The notes beneath the pieces are model-generated. The model did no database searches, was not told the origin of the DNA, and saw only the letters and a program-made list of their open reading frames with translations. The translations under genes and the position numbers were made by a program. Shown piece after piece: positions 62,917 through 64,000 of a DNA stretch of 64,000 bases. The stretch's first letter is position 1. Every line of letters begins with the position of its first letter. Origin of the DNA: a virus; the IMG/VR virus record IMGVR_UViG_3300027852_000036; one strand, given 5' to 3'.

Positions 62917-63757
62917 GCACACCAGATATGGTAGCAGTAGGTATAGTAGTATTCCTATCAACATTAGCGTTAATAGCAGCATTTAATAAGGAGAAATAAA
63001 TGAGCATAATGGAAATAATTGAACTAGCAGTAGGCATTATAGTAGTATCCGTGATAGGGCACGCAGTTGGTATAGGCGTCCTGCATTTGATTAAGGGAAA
63101 GAAATGAGCGCACTTGAGTTAGCAGAATTCGTAGGATATTTTATGTTAGGTTTACTTATTATCTACGGTATTGACGAGTTTAGGAAGAAGTAACATGGGA
63201 CACGCTTTATTAGTAGTATCTCTAGCCTGTATGGGCATGGTAGTGGTGCTATTAGTGTTGGACTTTTTAGGAGATTAGGGGGTTATATGAAACAATTTTT
63301 TAGTAAGTTAATAACGATAGTAATAGGATGGCCCATTGCAGTAGTGCTAATGAACGTAATATTAGTACTAGGTCTAATATTTGGCATCTTCAGTTTAGTA
63401 GGGGTTACGACTCCTAGAGACAAGTTGGCGCTAGTGGTAGATAGCGCTATGATCAAACTAAGAGACCCAAGGTAGGAGGAAACATGGAATTTGTAGTAGA
63501 GGCAGTATTAATTATTGCTGCGTCAATTTCGGGCATGGTTATTATATCAATGTGGTGGTTTAACTAACATGCGTAAGTTGATTAGGAAGCTAGCTATAGT
63601 AGCAATAGGCTGGCCTTTGGCTTTAATGACAGTCAACATAGTAATGTTTGTTGGACTGTTATTGGCCTTAGCCAATGTGGTGGGGTTTTATACCCCCCGC
63701 TTCAGTCTAGCGGCCTGGTTAGTTCAGGCAGCTATTAAAACTAAGGGGGCTCCATGA
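62913..63757 (+). CDS. Cluster of seven tiny hydrophobic ORFs (62913-62999, 63000-63107, 63104-63193, 63195-63278, 63287-63475, 63484-63567, 63569-63757)
   Basis: Hand-translated; 27-62 aa each with a transmembrane-length hydrophobic core; abutting or overlapping start/stop codons; most have purine-rich RBSs. Confidence 0.7.
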
Positions 63758-64000
63758 TAACACTGAAGGTATTAAAATGGGGTAATATGTTCTGCTATGG
63801 TGAGGACAACAGTCTTGACTTTACTGAGCGGGGAGCAGTTACACAAATAACAGGTCAGAACGGTGTAGGTAAATCCAGCATCAATCTGGTATTAGAAGAG
63901 TTACTATTCAACAAGAATAGTAGGGGAATTAAGAAAGCCGACATTCCTAATAGAGACCTTAATGCTACGACTTATTGGGCTAGTTTAACGTTTTCTATTG
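63754..64000 (+). CDS. D13: SbcC/Rad50-like recombination ATPase (T5 D13-like), truncated by the window edge
   Basis: MITLKVLKWGNMFCYGEDN...GQNGVGKSSI...LFNKNSRGIKKADIPNR. Confidence 0.88.
   Translation, partial: MITLKVLKWGNMFCYGEDNSLDFTERGAVTQITGQNGVGKSSINLVLEELLFNKNSRGIKKADIPNRDLNATTYWASLTFSI

Noticed and set aside
1-64000. Alternative genetic code or stop-codon reassignment
   Set aside because: Long conserved genes are intact under the standard code, and TAA, TAG and TGA all end genes at expected positions.

Overview
This window is part of a lytic T5-like (Demerecviridae-type) siphophage genome, apparently a circularly permuted assembly read across the late/early junction. 1-16.6 kb: leftward late operon (tape measure, tail chaperones, tail tube, terminator/completion/connector proteins, fused prohead protease-major capsid, portal, HNH, TerL, PhoH, TerS). 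16.7-24.7 kb: a block bounded by repeats that resembles the T5 pre-early/terminal-repeat region (A2-like protein, dmp-like HAD phosphatase, DEDD exonuclease, LRR-like repeat protein), ending in a dense repeat cluster. 24.7-41.3 kb: an accessory early region built from repeated terminator-promoter-RBS cassettes that carry at least four expanded paralog families. 41.4-64 kb: rightward nucleotide metabolism and replication genes in T5 order (thyA, DHFR, nrdAB, split ligase, D5, helicase, primase, Pol A, D10-D13). I saw no tRNA, CRISPR array, integrase or reverse transcriptase. The most notable unexplained signals are: (1) an over-represented octamer GCGACCAT whose orientation flips at the 23.3-24.3 kb repeat cluster; (2) the modular promoter-cassette array with diversifying paralogs; (3) an early protein ending in a near copy of the replicative helicase C-terminal tail; (4) seven tiny membrane peptides wedged between D12 and D13; (5) a PhoH gene between TerS and TerL with an apparent ATC start. 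All homology calls come from motif recognition and synteny by eye, not from database searches.
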